The notes: generated by a model not told the origin, from the sequence alone. DNA of 64,000 nt from Chloroflexota bacterium (GCA_043818215.1 JBDRGC010000127.1:12832-76831), one strand, 5' to 3'. Numbered from the stretch's first letter, positions 1 through 10,575 are shown. Translations and numbers: made by a program.

Positions 1-1014
<1,014 letters not shown>

Positions 1015-1037
1015 AGTAGTTTTTTGGAGGTTGTGGT

Positions 1038-1268
1038 ATGAGTGCATTATTATCAGATATCAAAGAGCATGTAGATAAACTATCTTTCACCGAGCAATTG
1101 TGGCTCATGGAAAAATTGATTCATCGTATGCGAGAGTCAACGGTGGAAGAACGAGACTACGGTTCACAACTGTCGGCTATGGCCTACGATCCGGAAATTC
1201 AAAGAGAGTTGCAAAATATCAACCTGGAATTCTCACTGACAGAAGCAGATGGATTGGAAATATTGTAA
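1038..1268 (+). CDS. putative antitoxin partner of the downstream MazF-like toxin
   Basis: 76-aa acidic ORF whose stop overlaps the toxin start (TAATG at 1266-1270). No family recognised. Confidence 0.45.
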   Translation: MSALLSDIKEHVDKLSFTEQLWLMEKLIHRMRESTVEERDYGSQLSAMAYDPEIQRELQNINLEFSLTEADGLEIL

Positions 1269-1621
1269 TGGCAATTCATCGCGGTGAAATATACTTTGTG
1301 AATTTGAATCCCGTGAAGGGACGAGAGCAGGCTGGCAGCCGCCCGGTATTGGTGCTTTCCATAAACGCGATCAATGAGTTGCCGCTGGTAGTCACAGTTA
1401 TTGTTGGCACGAAAGGAGCGAATCTCAGTCGAGATTATCCAACAAATGTGCGCATCTCTCCGAAAGACAGTGGATTGCCTCTGGAAACGGTGTTTCTATG
1501 CTTTCAGATTCGTTCACTCGACCCAAACCGATTTCCAGATAAGCCCATGGGACAAATTTCAGGAGATATGTTGCGACAAGTGGAAGATACTGTGCGTTAT
1601 TGTCTGAATCTTCAATACTAA
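1268..1621 (+). CDS. mazF: MazF/PemK-family endoribonuclease toxin
   Basis: Internal ATG at 1268. The N-terminus RGEIYFVNLNPVKGREQAGSRPVLVLS is a typical PemK/MazF signature. Confidence 0.8.
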   Translation: MAIHRGEIYFVNLNPVKGREQAGSRPVLVLSINAINELPLVVTVIVGTKGANLSRDYPTNVRISPKDSGLPLETVFLCFQIRSLDPNRFPDKPMGQISGDMLRQVEDTVRYCLNLQY

Positions 1622-1699
1622 CAACAAAGTCTGCTCCAGAGACAATCCTCCTCCGCAAAACGTTTGAACGTTGAACGTTTAAACGTCACGGCGTTTTTT

Positions 1700-2551
1700 A
1701 TGACTGAGACATCGATTACTACAAAACCCGCTCCCGAAACCATCCTCCTCCGCCCCTCGCGCGGCTGGATGGCGCTTAATTTGCGGGATTTGTGGGTGTA
1801 CCGTGAATTGATCTACTTCCTCACCTGGCGCGATTTGAAGGTCCGCTATAAGCAGACTGCCCTGGGTGCGGCTTGGGCAGTTCTCCAGCCCCTCCTTTCG
1901 ATGGTGATATTCACCTTCTTTTTTGGGAATTTGTTGCAAGTAGATTCGGAGGGTTTGCCTTACGCTGTCTTCTCTTACACCGCATTGCTGCCCTGGGGCC
2001 TGTTTGCGAAAGCGCTAGGGGAGTCGGGTCGCTCGTTGGTTGCCAATCGCAATATGCTGACGAAGGTGTACTTCCCCCGTTTGGTGATCCCGATTTCGAC
2101 CATTCTAAGCGGCGTGGTCGATTTTGCGATCCAGTTTGTCGTATTGCTGGGGCTGATGTGGTATTTCAAAATTACCCCCACCTCTGCTGTGTGGATTTTG
2201 CCATTTTTGTTGCTGCTGGCTATGGTGACGGCCCTGGGCGTTGGCCTGTGGCTGGCTGCTTTGAATGTCCTTTACCGGGACGTGGGCTATGTTTTGCCAT
2301 TCTTGACCCAGCTTTGGTTTTACGTGACACCAATCGTTTACTCCTCCACTGAGTTGCCCGAGAATTTGCGGCTGCTCTATGCCCTCAACCCAATGGTTGG
2401 AGTAGTGGACGGCTTCCGGTGGGCCTTGCTAGGCACCGAAACTGCTCCCGGCCCGATGTTGGCGGTCTCGGCTCTCATCTCAGTGCTGATCCTGATCAGT
2501 GGTTTATTCTACTTCCGCCGCATGGAACGGACGTTTGCGGATATGGTTTAA
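1700..2551 (+). CDS. wzm: ABC-2 type polysaccharide export permease (Wzm/TagG-like)
   Basis: Multi-TM protein with the motif WRDLKVRYKQTALGAAWAVLQP typical of ABC-2 permeases, paired with the downstream Wzt-like ATPase. ATG at 1700 chosen over the TTG at 1664. Confidence 0.8.
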   Translation: MTETSITTKPAPETILLRPSRGWMALNLRDLWVYRELIYFLTWRDLKVRYKQTALGAAWAVLQPLLSMVIFTFFFGNLLQVDSEGLPYAVFSYTALLPWGLFAKALGESGRSLVANRNMLTKVYFPRLVIPISTILSGVVDFAIQFVVLLGLMWYFKITPTSAVWILPFLLLLAMVTALGVGLWLAALNVLYRDVGYVLPFLTQLWFYVTPIVYSSTELPENLRLLYALNPMVGVVDGFRWALLGTETAPGPMLAVSALISVLILISGLFYFRRMERTFADMV

Positions 2552-2555
2552 TGAT

Positions 2556-2592
2556 GACGGGAGACGGAGGACGGGAGACGGAGAACGGAGGA
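2556..2592. repeat. heptamer tandem array (GACGGGA/GACGGAG)
   Basis: The tandem 7-nt units can be read directly, between the wzm stop and the next start. Confidence 0.8.
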
Positions 2593-2595
2593 TGG

Positions 2596-2952
2596 ATGAC
2601 TGAGACGTATAAATTTCAAAAGTTGCGTGTTTATCAGTTGGCATTGGATTATGTTGATGCTATTTACTCCCTGAGCAAGCAATTGCCCGAAACAGAAAAG
2701 TACAATCTTCGTTCACAGGTTGAGCGAGCGGCCACATCCATTGTGCTCAATATTGCCGAAGGTTCAGCTGGTCAAAGTGATGCGGAACAGAAACGCTTTC
2801 TTGGTTTCGCTCTGCGTTCTTATCTCGAAACCATCGCTTGCCTGGATTTGATTGAACGCCGAAAGTTTTTGCCAGCAGACGTGTTATCTCACGTTCGGAA
2901 TATAGGACACCAACTATTTATCAAACTGCAAGCATTCCGAAACAGCCTGTGA
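2596..2952 (+). CDS. four-helix-bundle protein (23S rRNA intervening-sequence protein family)
   Basis: YKFQKLRVYQLALDY...NIAEGSAGQS...FLGFALRSYLE matches the conserved pattern of this family. ATG at 2596. Confidence 0.75.
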   Translation: MTETYKFQKLRVYQLALDYVDAIYSLSKQLPETEKYNLRSQVERAATSIVLNIAEGSAGQSDAEQKRFLGFALRSYLETIACLDLIERRKFLPADVLSHVRNIGHQLFIKLQAFRNSL

Positions 2953-3141
2953 AAATGAAATGGGTGCGTTTCATTTGATTTGGAGTAAGACATTTCGCCG
3001 GTTGAGTAGCTGCGTTCTTTGCAGCGTATCGAAACCAGCACTGATTTCGACCAGCTCAATCGACGCTTCCAACCGATTTGAAACACACCCAAATGAAATC
3101 AACATCCCCGTTCTCCGTCCTCTGTCCCCCGTCCAAAAGCC

Positions 3142-4422
3142 ATGTCAAACCTCACCATCCGCGTAACCAACCTCGGTAAACAATACCGCATCGGCGTAGC
3201 CCCGGAAAAATACCGCACGCTGCGTGATTCGCTCGTGGATGCGGTCACCTGGCCGGCACGCCGCCTACGCCAGAGACTGCCCGCTGGCGGTGATGGCGCC
3301 GACACGATATGGGCTTTGCGCAATATATCTTTCGAAGTCGAACATGGACAGGTGCTGGGTGTGATTGGCCGCAATGGGGCCGGGAAGAGCACCCTGCTCA
3401 AGATTCTCTCCCGGGTGACGGAACCCTCCGAGGGGGAGGTGGAAATCCGCGGGCGGGTCGGTGCCCTCCTCGAGGTGGGCACCGGATTCCATCCCGAATT
3501 GACCGGCCGCGAGAATATCTTCCTCAACGGCGCCATCCTGGGCATGAAGCGCACCGAGATCGAGCGCAAATTCGACGAAATTGTAGATTTCTCCGGCGTG
3601 GAGAAATTCATCGACACGCCTGTCAAGCGCTATTCCAGCGGGATGTATTTGCGTCTGGCCTTCGCCGTGGCCGCCCATTTGGAGCCGGAAATTCTGGTAG
3701 TGGATGAAGTCCTGGCGGTGGGTGATGCCGAGTTCCAGCGCAAATGCCTGGGCAAGATGAGTGATGTGGCTCAAGAAGGCCGCACCGTGCTATTCGTCAG
3801 CCACAATATGTCGGCCATCCTGCGGCTCACTCAGGAATCTATTGTGTTGGACAAGGGCCAGATGGTTTACCGTGCCCCCACGGCTGAGGCAGTGGATTAC
3901 TATATGTCATCGGGCTTTTCGGAAACTGGAGAGCGCACCTGGGCCGCTGAGGAGATTCCCGCCAGCGCAGCCCCGTTCAGCCCCATAGCTTTGCGGGTTC
4001 TGGATTCCCGCGGGCAAGTCGTGGACATAGTGCGTTCAACTGAGCCGTTGTCACTGGAAGTCGAATACCAACTCGACCAGCCCATCACAGGGTTGCGCGT
4101 CGGGCTGTACCTGATAAATATGCGCGGCGAGTATGTTTTCACATCCTTCGATACCGATGAGCCAACCCAGTACGAGAGCTATGCCGTGCGCCCGGCCGGA
4201 CATTACATCAGCCGTTGCAGCCTCCCCACGGACATGCTCAACGAGGGGGGCTACGTTGTGGGCCTCAACGCCAGTTCGTACCGCGTCAAAAGCTATTTCC
4301 AGGATGAACACGCCCTGGCCTTCAACGTAGACGGCATGGGCGCGCCCGGCAAGCAGTGGGCCGAAACTCGCTTGGGCCTGGTGCGTCCGCGTTTGGATTG
4401 GGTGATTGAGAATATGAGGTAA
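3142..4422 (+). CDS. wzt: polysaccharide ABC exporter ATP-binding protein (Wzt/TagH-like) with C-terminal extra domain
   Basis: Walker A GRNGAGKST, signature YSSGM, Walker B ILVVDE. An additional C-terminal domain of about 180 aa is present, as in O-antigen Wzt proteins. Confidence 0.85.
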   Translation: MSNLTIRVTNLGKQYRIGVAPEKYRTLRDSLVDAVTWPARRLRQRLPAGGDGADTIWALRNISFEVEHGQVLGVIGRNGAGKSTLLKILSRVTEPSEGEVEIRGRVGALLEVGTGFHPELTGRENIFLNGAILGMKRTEIERKFDEIVDFSGVEKFIDTPVKRYSSGMYLRLAFAVAAHLEPEILVVDEVLAVGDAEFQRKCLGKMSDVAQEGRTVLFVSHNMSAILRLTQESIVLDKGQMVYRAPTAEAVDYYMSSGFSETGERTWAAEEIPASAAPFSPIALRVLDSRGQVVDIVRSTEPLSLEVEYQLDQPITGLRVGLYLINMRGEYVFTSFDTDEPTQYESYAVRPAGHYISRCSLPTDMLNEGGYVVGLNASSYRVKSYFQDEHALAFNVDGMGAPGKQWAETRLGLVRPRLDWVIENMR

Positions 4423-4425
4423 ACC

Positions 4426-4498
4426 GGTATACAGAGTACACAGGGTATACAAAGTATGCAAAATATGCAAGTGGACACGCACAAATCCACTTGTATAC
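4426..4498. repeat. GTATACA-type heptamer words plus hairpin (stems 4468-4475 / 4486-4493)
   Basis: Degenerate 7-nt words are followed by the inverted repeat caagtgga...tccacttg, between convergent genes. This is a plausible bidirectional terminator. Confidence 0.6.
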
Positions 4499-4499
4499 T

Positions 4500-5066
4500 T
4501 TAGACTTGTTCCAGAATAAGCGACGCAAGGAATGGTACACGGATTTCACGGATCAGACGGATTCTTTTTCTTAATTTTATGCTTATATCCGTGTACAAAC
4601 AGTCAGCCGCTGTTATTGAGGAACAACTCTTTTGTTTACTTGTCCCCCCTCGTACAATTTTTAGAAACTCGTGAACCTTGACAATGGGAATCCCCCGGTA
4701 CTCCCCCAGTGAAAGAAGATGTTTGTCGCCGCTGATGATGAAGGACGCTCTCGCGGAGATTGCCGCAAGTATAACGATGTCGTCATCAGGATCAGCCGGT
4801 ACAAGCGTTTCTTCAGGGCTAGATACTGCAGTAAATAAAGAAGACAGTGCAGTTGCTTGACCAACCAGATAAGATATGGATACTCCCATTTCTTTGAGAC
4901 GGTGTTGGAATTTGGGATACGCAAGTACTCTGCTCAGTTCGGCCAGAATCGGTGCTGTCACACAAATTTCCACATCACCATGTTTGGTAAACTTAAGAAA
5001 TTTATAAGGTAGTCCTCGCCAAAGCAAAGCGGAAACCCAGACGTTTGTATCAATTACAACCCGCAC
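4500..5066 (-). CDS. PIN-domain toxin (putative ribonuclease) with unusually long C-terminal tail
   Basis: The N-terminus MRVVIDTNVWVSALL and later SGDKHLL are typical of the PIN_3 family of toxins. The last ~50 aa look like read-through. Confidence 0.7.
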   Translation of the reverse strand: MRVVIDTNVWVSALLWRGLPYKFLKFTKHGDVEICVTAPILAELSRVLAYPKFQHRLKEMGVSISYLVGQATALSSLFTAVSSPEETLVPADPDDDIVILAAISARASFIISGDKHLLSLGEYRGIPIVKVHEFLKIVRGGTSKQKSCSSITAADCLYTDISIKLRKRIRLIREIRVPFLASLILEQV

Positions 5067-5069
5067 GAT

Positions 5070-5315
5070 TTATTCCCCCTGACGCGTCTGGCGGCGCACT
5101 TCGTGAACGATTTCATTGATTTCTTCCATAGTCATCGGCTCACCCGGCGGCGATTTTTCAAGGACATCGAAAATCGAGACGGGTGTAATGCGTTTTAGAA
5201 GCAATGTGTCCCCCTCAAACCAGGTGTAGAACCGATCATCCGGCTGAAAACGTGTCGCGATTTCTTCGGGTAACTCTAGCGTTGTTGGTGAAGTTAGTGT
5301 CGCAAGTTCATTCAT
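5070..5315 (-). CDS. putative antitoxin of the PIN toxin
   Basis: 81-aa ORF from an internal ATG (CAT at 5313-5315), ending 4 nt upstream of the PIN start. Family not recognised. Confidence 0.4.
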   Translation of the reverse strand: MNELATLTSPTTLELPEEIATRFQPDDRFYTWFEGDTLLLKRITPVSIFDVLEKSPPGEPMTMEEINEIVHEVRRQTRQGE

Positions 5316-5493
5316 TGTAACGACCTCCGTCGATAAAATTTCGGATGACAACGTGATTTTTGACAAGTATACTACGCCGTGTGTTGAAACGCACGGCTGA
5401 TATCGGAAACCCGTTGAAAACGGATTGAGATCACCTGCCCGCAACTCGCGCCCAGCTACACTTCGGGTATCAGCCGCTGAATTCATTCATCGG

Positions 5494-5536
5494 CTTGCCT
5501 CTTGCCTCTTGCCTCTTGCCCCTTGCCCCTTGCCCC
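5494..5536. repeat. heptamer array (CTTGCCT/CTTGCCC)
   Basis: Six tandem 7-nt units lie immediately 5' of the ATG at 5537. Confidence 0.85.
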
Positions 5537-7132
5537 ATGGAAAACACGACACTCAAACACATCCTCGGTGACATCCCCCTCACCGCCGAACTTTACTGGC
5601 TTCTGCGGCAAACACATCTTCCCCCTGTGGGCGGCTACGATTTGAAGAGGTTGCAAAAAGCGCTCCCCGAATGGGTCGCGCAGGCTCAGGCCACAAAACG
5701 CGCTCAACCCGGCAAGCGCGTGCTGATATTCAGCATGCTGCGCTACTGGATCGAGCAAACCACAATGCTGGGTCTGGCCCTCAGCGCCCTGGGACATGAC
5801 GTGACCCTGGCTTATCTGCCTCACGGTCACTGGAAAAAGCATCTCAAACGTTTTGACCTGCGCCGCCAGAATCTGTATGTGCGTGATACCCTCGAACAGG
5901 TTGAACCCCTGCTGAAGACCATCTCCGTGCTGGAAATGCCGAAAGCCAGAGCGCTCTCCGCCGAGTTAGCATCGCAAATGGATGCCGCCGCCTACCGCGA
6001 CGTGCAGTACAGCCTCCTCCGCGAAGATGTCGAGCGGGATAGTGACTTGTACCGCCTGCGCACGGAGCGCAATCAGGCTCACGCCCGTTCAATGCTGGCC
6101 CGGATGCAGGAACACCGTCCCGACGTAGTCATTGTGCCCAACGGCAGCATCTTGGAATTCGGCATCACCTTCCGGGTGGCGCAATATTTGGGTATCCCCG
6201 TGATGACCTACGAATTCGGCGAGCAAAGCGAGCGGATGTGGCTGGCCCAAAACGCCGACGTGATGCAGCAGGATACCTCCGATTTGTGGACTGCCCGCGG
6301 CGAGATTCCTTTGACCGATACGGAGTGGGCGCGCGTCCGCGATTTTTTCGCCACCCGACAGGGAGGCGGCCTGTGGGAGAACTTTTCCCGCCATTGGCAG
6401 GGGACTCCCGCCCGTGGAGGCAAGCAAACCCGTGCGGAGTTGGGGCTGGATTCGCGACCTGTAGCATTAGTACCTGCCAACGTCCTCGGCGACAGCCTGA
6501 CCCTGGGGCGGCATCTCTTTAGCGGGAGCATGACCGGGTGGCTGGAGCGCACCATTGATTATTTCTCCGAGCGGACTGATGCTCAACTTGTGATTCGCGT
6601 TCACCCTGGCGAGCAGATCGGTTGGGGACCTTCGGTGTACGATATCTTGCGAGAGAAATTCCCTCAACTGCCTGAGCATATCCACCTGATGCCTGCTGAT
6701 GCGCAGGTCAACACCTACGATCTGGTCAACACCGCCGACTTCGGTTTGGTCTTCACCACCACCGTGGGCCTGGAAATGGCCATGAGCGGATTGCCGGTCA
6801 TCGTCACGGGGCAGACTCACTATCGGGGCAAGGGATTCACCCTCGACCCTGATTCGTGGACCGCCTACTTCGCGACCCTCGACCAATTGCTGGAATCCCC
6901 CACGGATCACTGCCCTTCCCGCCGGCAGGTCGAATCTGCCTGGACCTATGCTTACCGGTTCTTCTTCGATTATCCCCAGTCCTTCCCCTGGCATGTCCAG
7001 CACTTCTGGGAAGACGAGGCCAAATGGTCGCTGGCACGGGCCTTGTCGGATGAAGGTATGGCCTTGTTTGGTAAGACGTTCCAGTATCTGGTTGGTGAGC
7101 CGATAGACTGGGGAGCAGGAATCAGGGACTAG
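5537..7132 (+). CDS. large GT-B-like protein, capsule-polysaccharide-biosynthesis-like (function uncertain)
   Basis: 532 aa. The C-terminal half (LVIRVHPGE...DLVNTADFGLVFTTTVGLEMAMSGLPVIV) resembles the nucleotide-sugar-binding half of GT-B / capsule-synthesis proteins. The assignment is tentative. Confidence 0.4.
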   Translation: MENTTLKHILGDIPLTAELYWLLRQTHLPPVGGYDLKRLQKALPEWVAQAQATKRAQPGKRVLIFSMLRYWIEQTTMLGLALSALGHDVTLAYLPHGHWKKHLKRFDLRRQNLYVRDTLEQVEPLLKTISVLEMPKARALSAELASQMDAAAYRDVQYSLLREDVERDSDLYRLRTERNQAHARSMLARMQEHRPDVVIVPNGSILEFGITFRVAQYLGIPVMTYEFGEQSERMWLAQNADVMQQDTSDLWTARGEIPLTDTEWARVRDFFATRQGGGLWENFSRHWQGTPARGGKQTRAELGLDSRPVALVPANVLGDSLTLGRHLFSGSMTGWLERTIDYFSERTDAQLVIRVHPGEQIGWGPSVYDILREKFPQLPEHIHLMPADAQVNTYDLVNTADFGLVFTTTVGLEMAMSGLPVIVTGQTHYRGKGFTLDPDSWTAYFATLDQLLESPTDHCPSRRQVESAWTYAYRFFFDYPQSFPWHVQHFWEDEAKWSLARALSDEGMALFGKTFQYLVGEPIDWGAGIRD

Positions 7133-7188
7133 GAACCAGGGACTAATCACCTAGTCCCTAGCCCCTAATCCCTGGTCACTAGCCCCTA
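7115..7188. repeat. inverted heptamer arrays (CAGGGAC/TAGGAAC then CTAGTCC/CTAGCCC)
   Basis: The left and right arms are approximate reverse complements. The left arm overlaps the 3' end of the preceding CDS. Confidence 0.8.
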
Positions 7189-7190
7189 TT

Positions 7191-8075
7191 TTGAAAATGA
7201 TGACAGATGTCGAAACCAAAGGACAAGTGCGCGAATTTTATGACCGGGTCGGCTGGCAGGAGGTCGGCGAGGGTGTGTATCAGAACGCTCGTTACGAAGA
7301 CCTGCGCCCGGTGTCGCGCGATTATATCCATCGCTGCCACCTGCGGGTGATGCGCCACTTGAAATCGAATGGCCGCTACATGCTGGATGCCGGCTCCGGC
7401 CCGATCCAGTACCCTGATTATCTGGAATATTCCAAAGGGTATGACTACCGCGTTTGTGCGGATATTTCGATCACCGCTTTGCAGGAAGCCCGTAAACGCA
7501 TCGGTGAAAATGGCTTGTTTGTGGTCGCTGATATTGCAAATTTGCCGTTTGCCCCTTATGTCTTCGATGGAGTGGTATCGCTGCACACCATCCACCATTT
7601 GCCGATGGACGAACACGTGCAAGCCTACGGAGAATTGGAGCGTGTGCTGGCACCCGAGAGCACGGCTGTGGTGGTGAACGGCTGGGGCAGCCCGCCGATT
7701 GCACGCTTCCTGCTGATGCCGATGCGTTGGACCAATCGCTTGCAGGGCATTGTCCGCCGGATCATCGGGCATCCCTCGCCATCTGCAAATACAGGCCAGG
7801 CGGACGCAGCCCCAAAGAAGAAAAAGCCAAAGGGCACTTTTGTGCGCAAGAGCAACGCAGCCTGGCTCAAACAAGAAGTGGGTGCGCTGATTCCGCTCGA
7901 AATACTTGTTTGGCGCAGCGTCAGTGTGAAGCATCTGCGAACCTTCGTTCACGATGGCTGGGGCGGGCGCGGGATTCTGCGCTTGCTGTTTTGGCTGGAA
8001 GAACGTTCCCCGCATTTCTTTGGCGAGAAAGGGCAGTATCCGCTGGTGGTAATCAAGAAACTCAGGAGAGAATGA
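7191..8075 (+). CDS. class I SAM-dependent methyltransferase
   Basis: Motif I LDAGSGPIQ and a post-I acidic residue. There is a Lys-rich insertion (APKKKKPKG). Confidence 0.7.
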   Translation: MKMMTDVETKGQVREFYDRVGWQEVGEGVYQNARYEDLRPVSRDYIHRCHLRVMRHLKSNGRYMLDAGSGPIQYPDYLEYSKGYDYRVCADISITALQEARKRIGENGLFVVADIANLPFAPYVFDGVVSLHTIHHLPMDEHVQAYGELERVLAPESTAVVVNGWGSPPIARFLLMPMRWTNRLQGIVRRIIGHPSPSANTGQADAAPKKKKPKGTFVRKSNAAWLKQEVGALIPLEILVWRSVSVKHLRTFVHDGWGGRGILRLLFWLEERSPHFFGEKGQYPLVVIKKLRRE

Positions 8076-8076
8076 C

Positions 8077-8286
8077 ATGTCTGTTCAAACCTTTACAGCG
8101 ATTATTCATCGCGAAGATGATTTGTACGTTGTCGAATGTCCCGAAGTGGGCACTGTCAGTCAAGGCTATTCGATTGAGGAAGCCGTGGCAAATATAAAAG
8201 AAGCCACTGAACTATACTTAGAGGAATTTCCAACTCCTGAAACTAAACGATCTCTGTTGACCACTTTCGAGGCAGCTTATGCCTAA
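8077..8286 (+). CDS. hicB: HicB-family antitoxin
   Basis: FTAIIHREDDLYVVECPEVGTVSQGYSIEEAVANIKEA is the UPF0150/HicB pattern. It overlaps the downstream hicA by 8 nt. Confidence 0.7.
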   Translation: MSVQTFTAIIHREDDLYVVECPEVGTVSQGYSIEEAVANIKEATELYLEEFPTPETKRSLLTTFEAAYA

Positions 8287-8506
8287 GTTGCGCAGAGTTT
8301 CGGGAAGGCAAGCTATTCGCGCATTAGAACACCTGGGATTTTTTCAAGTCAGGCAGCGCGGGAGTCATGTAATCCTCAAACAAAAAACATTTGAGAGCGA
8401 GCGAGGCTGTGTTGTGCCGCTTCACCGAGAATTGGCGATTGGTACATTGCGGGGCATTCTCAAACAGGCTGGCGTGACTCCAGAAGAATTCATGGACAAT
8501 CTCTAA
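8279..8506 (+). CDS. hicA: HicA-family mRNA interferase toxin
   Basis: The GRQAIRALEHLGF...QRGSHVILK pattern is that of YcfA/HicA. Confidence 0.75.
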   Translation: MPKLRRVSGRQAIRALEHLGFFQVRQRGSHVILKQKTFESERGCVVPLHRELAIGTLRGILKQAGVTPEEFMDNL

Positions 8507-8583
8507 AAGGGATTGCCCGAAAGAATTATCAAGCTGTGGAAGCGATTTCACTCTAAAACGAAATTAGCAGCACGGAGCAATCA

Positions 8584-9591
8584 ATGAACTGGAAAGATCA
8601 AACCATTCTCGTCACCGGCGGTACCGGCTCGTTCGGCAAGAAATTCATCCAAATCATGCTGGCAGAGTACAATCCGGCCAAACTGATCGTCTACAGCCGC
8701 GACGAACTCAAGCAGCATGAGATGCGTGTGGCTGGATTCAATCATCCCAACCTGCGTTACTTCATCGGCGACGTGCGCGACCTGCCCCGCCTGCGGCGCG
8801 CCATGCAGGGCGTGGATATTGTGGTTCACGCCGCGGCTCTCAAGCAGGTCCCCGCCTGTGAATACAATCCAATGGAAGCTGTCAAGACCAATATTCTCGG
8901 CAGCAGCAACGTGGTGGACGCCGCCCTGGATACTGGTGTGAAGAAGGTGCTGGCCCTCAGCACGGACAAAGCCGTCAACCCGGTCAATCTCTACGGGGCC
9001 ACAAAACTAGCGGCTGAAAAATTGATTGTGCAGAGCAACGCCTACGCGGGAGGGCGCGAGACCCGCCTCAGTTGTGTGCGCTATGGAAACGTGGTCGGTA
9101 GCCGTGGTTCAGTAGTACCGGTCTTCCTCCGTCAGCGTGAGAGCGGTCACCTTACCGTCACCGACGAGCGCATGACCCGCTTCTGGCTCTCGTTGGAGCA
9201 GGGTGCGCGTTTCGTTATCAAGTGCATCGAACAGATGCAAGGCGGCGAGGTCTTTGTCCCCAAGATTCCTAGCATGAAGGTGGTTGATTTGGCTCGCACC
9301 ATTGCTCCTGACGCCGTAATACAATTCATCGGCATCCGCCCCGGTGAAAAGCTGCACGAGATGTTGATTTCCCGCGACGAGTCCCGTTCCACCATTGAGT
9401 TACACGATATGTTCGTTGTCCAGCCGGTGGAGGCCTTCTGGTTCGGCGGCGAGTGGCAAAAAATGGGCCAACCCGTCCCCGATGGTTTCCGTTACTCCAG
9501 CGCTGAAAATCATGAATGGCTGAATATCGACGAAATCAAAGCCATAATTGCACCTTTCGAAGAAGCGTACGCACGAGGTAAACTGACTTAG
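8584..9591 (+). CDS. pseB: UDP-N-acetylglucosamine 4,6-dehydratase (inverting), PseB/FlaA1-like
   Basis: Collinear with FlaA1/PseB: ILVTGGTGSFGK, YSRDELKQ, FIGDVRD, STDKAVNPVNLYGATK, VRYGNVVGSRGSVVP, IRPGEKLHE. Confidence 0.85.
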   Translation: MNWKDQTILVTGGTGSFGKKFIQIMLAEYNPAKLIVYSRDELKQHEMRVAGFNHPNLRYFIGDVRDLPRLRRAMQGVDIVVHAAALKQVPACEYNPMEAVKTNILGSSNVVDAALDTGVKKVLALSTDKAVNPVNLYGATKLAAEKLIVQSNAYAGGRETRLSCVRYGNVVGSRGSVVPVFLRQRESGHLTVTDERMTRFWLSLEQGARFVIKCIEQMQGGEVFVPKIPSMKVVDLARTIAPDAVIQFIGIRPGEKLHEMLISRDESRSTIELHDMFVVQPVEAFWFGGEWQKMGQPVPDGFRYSSAENHEWLNIDEIKAIIAPFEEAYARGKLT

Positions 9592-9596
9592 CCTTT

Positions 9597-9657
9597 TTTG
9601 TTTTCCCTGTATACTGTGTATGTAGACAAGGTATACACAGTAAACAAGGTACACACC
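9597..9657. repeat. degenerate GTATACA/GGTACAC heptamer words
   Basis: Tandem degenerate 7-nt words lie 5' of the ATG at 9658. Confidence 0.6.
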
Positions 9658-10575
9658 ATGCGCATTCTTATCACCGGCGCCAGCGGCCTGCTGGGTATCA
9701 ATCTGGCCCTGGAAGCCGCCGGCCAGCACACCGTTTTCGGAGTGGTTAATAGCCGCGGACTGAAAACCGAGGCCTTTACCGTCCTGCAAGCGGACTTGCT
9801 GGAACCTGGCGCGGTGGAACGTGTTCTTGATGAGAGCCAGCCCGATTGGGTGATCCACTGCGCCGCCCTGGCCAACCTGGAAGCCTGCGAAAAGCATCCG
9901 GCGTTGGCCCGGGAATTGAATACCGAAGTCCCCCGAAATCTGGCAGCCCAATGTCGGAATGGCGGAGCGCGCTTGTTGCACGTCTCCACGGACGCGGTAT
10001 TCGATGGTAAGCGCGGCGGCTACACAGAAGATGATTCCCCCAATCCGCTGGGCGTCTACTCCCGAACCAAACTCGAAGCTGAACACGCCGTAGCCGAGGC
10101 TTACCCCGAGGCGATCATCGCCCGCGTCAATCTCTTCGGCTGGAGTCTGACCGGTAAACGCAGTCTGGCCGAGTTTTTCTTTTACAATTTGCAAGCGGGT
10201 AAAAATTTGATGGGCTTCACCGATGTTTATTTCTCCCCCCTGTTGGTGAACGATATTGCTCACATTTTCATCAAAATGCTGAAAAAGGGCTTAGGCGGCT
10301 TGTATCACGTTGTCAGCAGTGAGAGCTTGAGTAAATATGAATTTGGTGTCGCTATTGCCCGGAAGTTCGGACTCGATTCCGAGTTGATTGCCCCCAGGTC
10401 AGTTTCGGATGCCGGCCTCGAGGCTGTCCGCTCCCCCAACTTGACTCTCAAGGTTGATAAACTTATCCACGCTTTGGGCGAATCTCCCCCCGGAATATCC
10501 CCAGCTTTAGAACGCTTTTACACCCTTTATCAACAGGGTTATCCACAGTTTCTTGGTAGGTTGGTAGGTTGGTAG
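9658..10575 (+). CDS. SDR-type sugar reductase, RmlD (dTDP-4-dehydrorhamnose reductase)-like
   Basis: MRILITGASGLLG Rossmann start and YSRTKLEAE (YxxxK). Its size and layout match the RmlD substrate-binding family. The last codons run into the TTGGTAGG array. Confidence 0.65.
   Translation: MRILITGASGLLGINLALEAAGQHTVFGVVNSRGLKTEAFTVLQADLLEPGAVERVLDESQPDWVIHCAALANLEACEKHPALARELNTEVPRNLAAQCRNGGARLLHVSTDAVFDGKRGGYTEDDSPNPLGVYSRTKLEAEHAVAEAYPEAIIARVNLFGWSLTGKRSLAEFFFYNLQAGKNLMGFTDVYFSPLLVNDIAHIFIKMLKKGLGGLYHVVSSESLSKYEFGVAIARKFGLDSELIAPRSVSDAGLEAVRSPNLTLKVDKLIHALGESPPGISPALERFYTLYQQGYPQFLGRLVGW

Noticed and set aside
7179-8078. 299-aa minus-strand ORF opposite the methyltransferase
   Set aside because: Antisense shadow ORF. 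The + strand has SAM-binding motif I.
9400-10263. 287-aa minus-strand ORF across the pseB end and the RmlD-like gene
   Set aside because: It spans an intergenic array and two well-supported + strand genes, so it is an antisense artefact.
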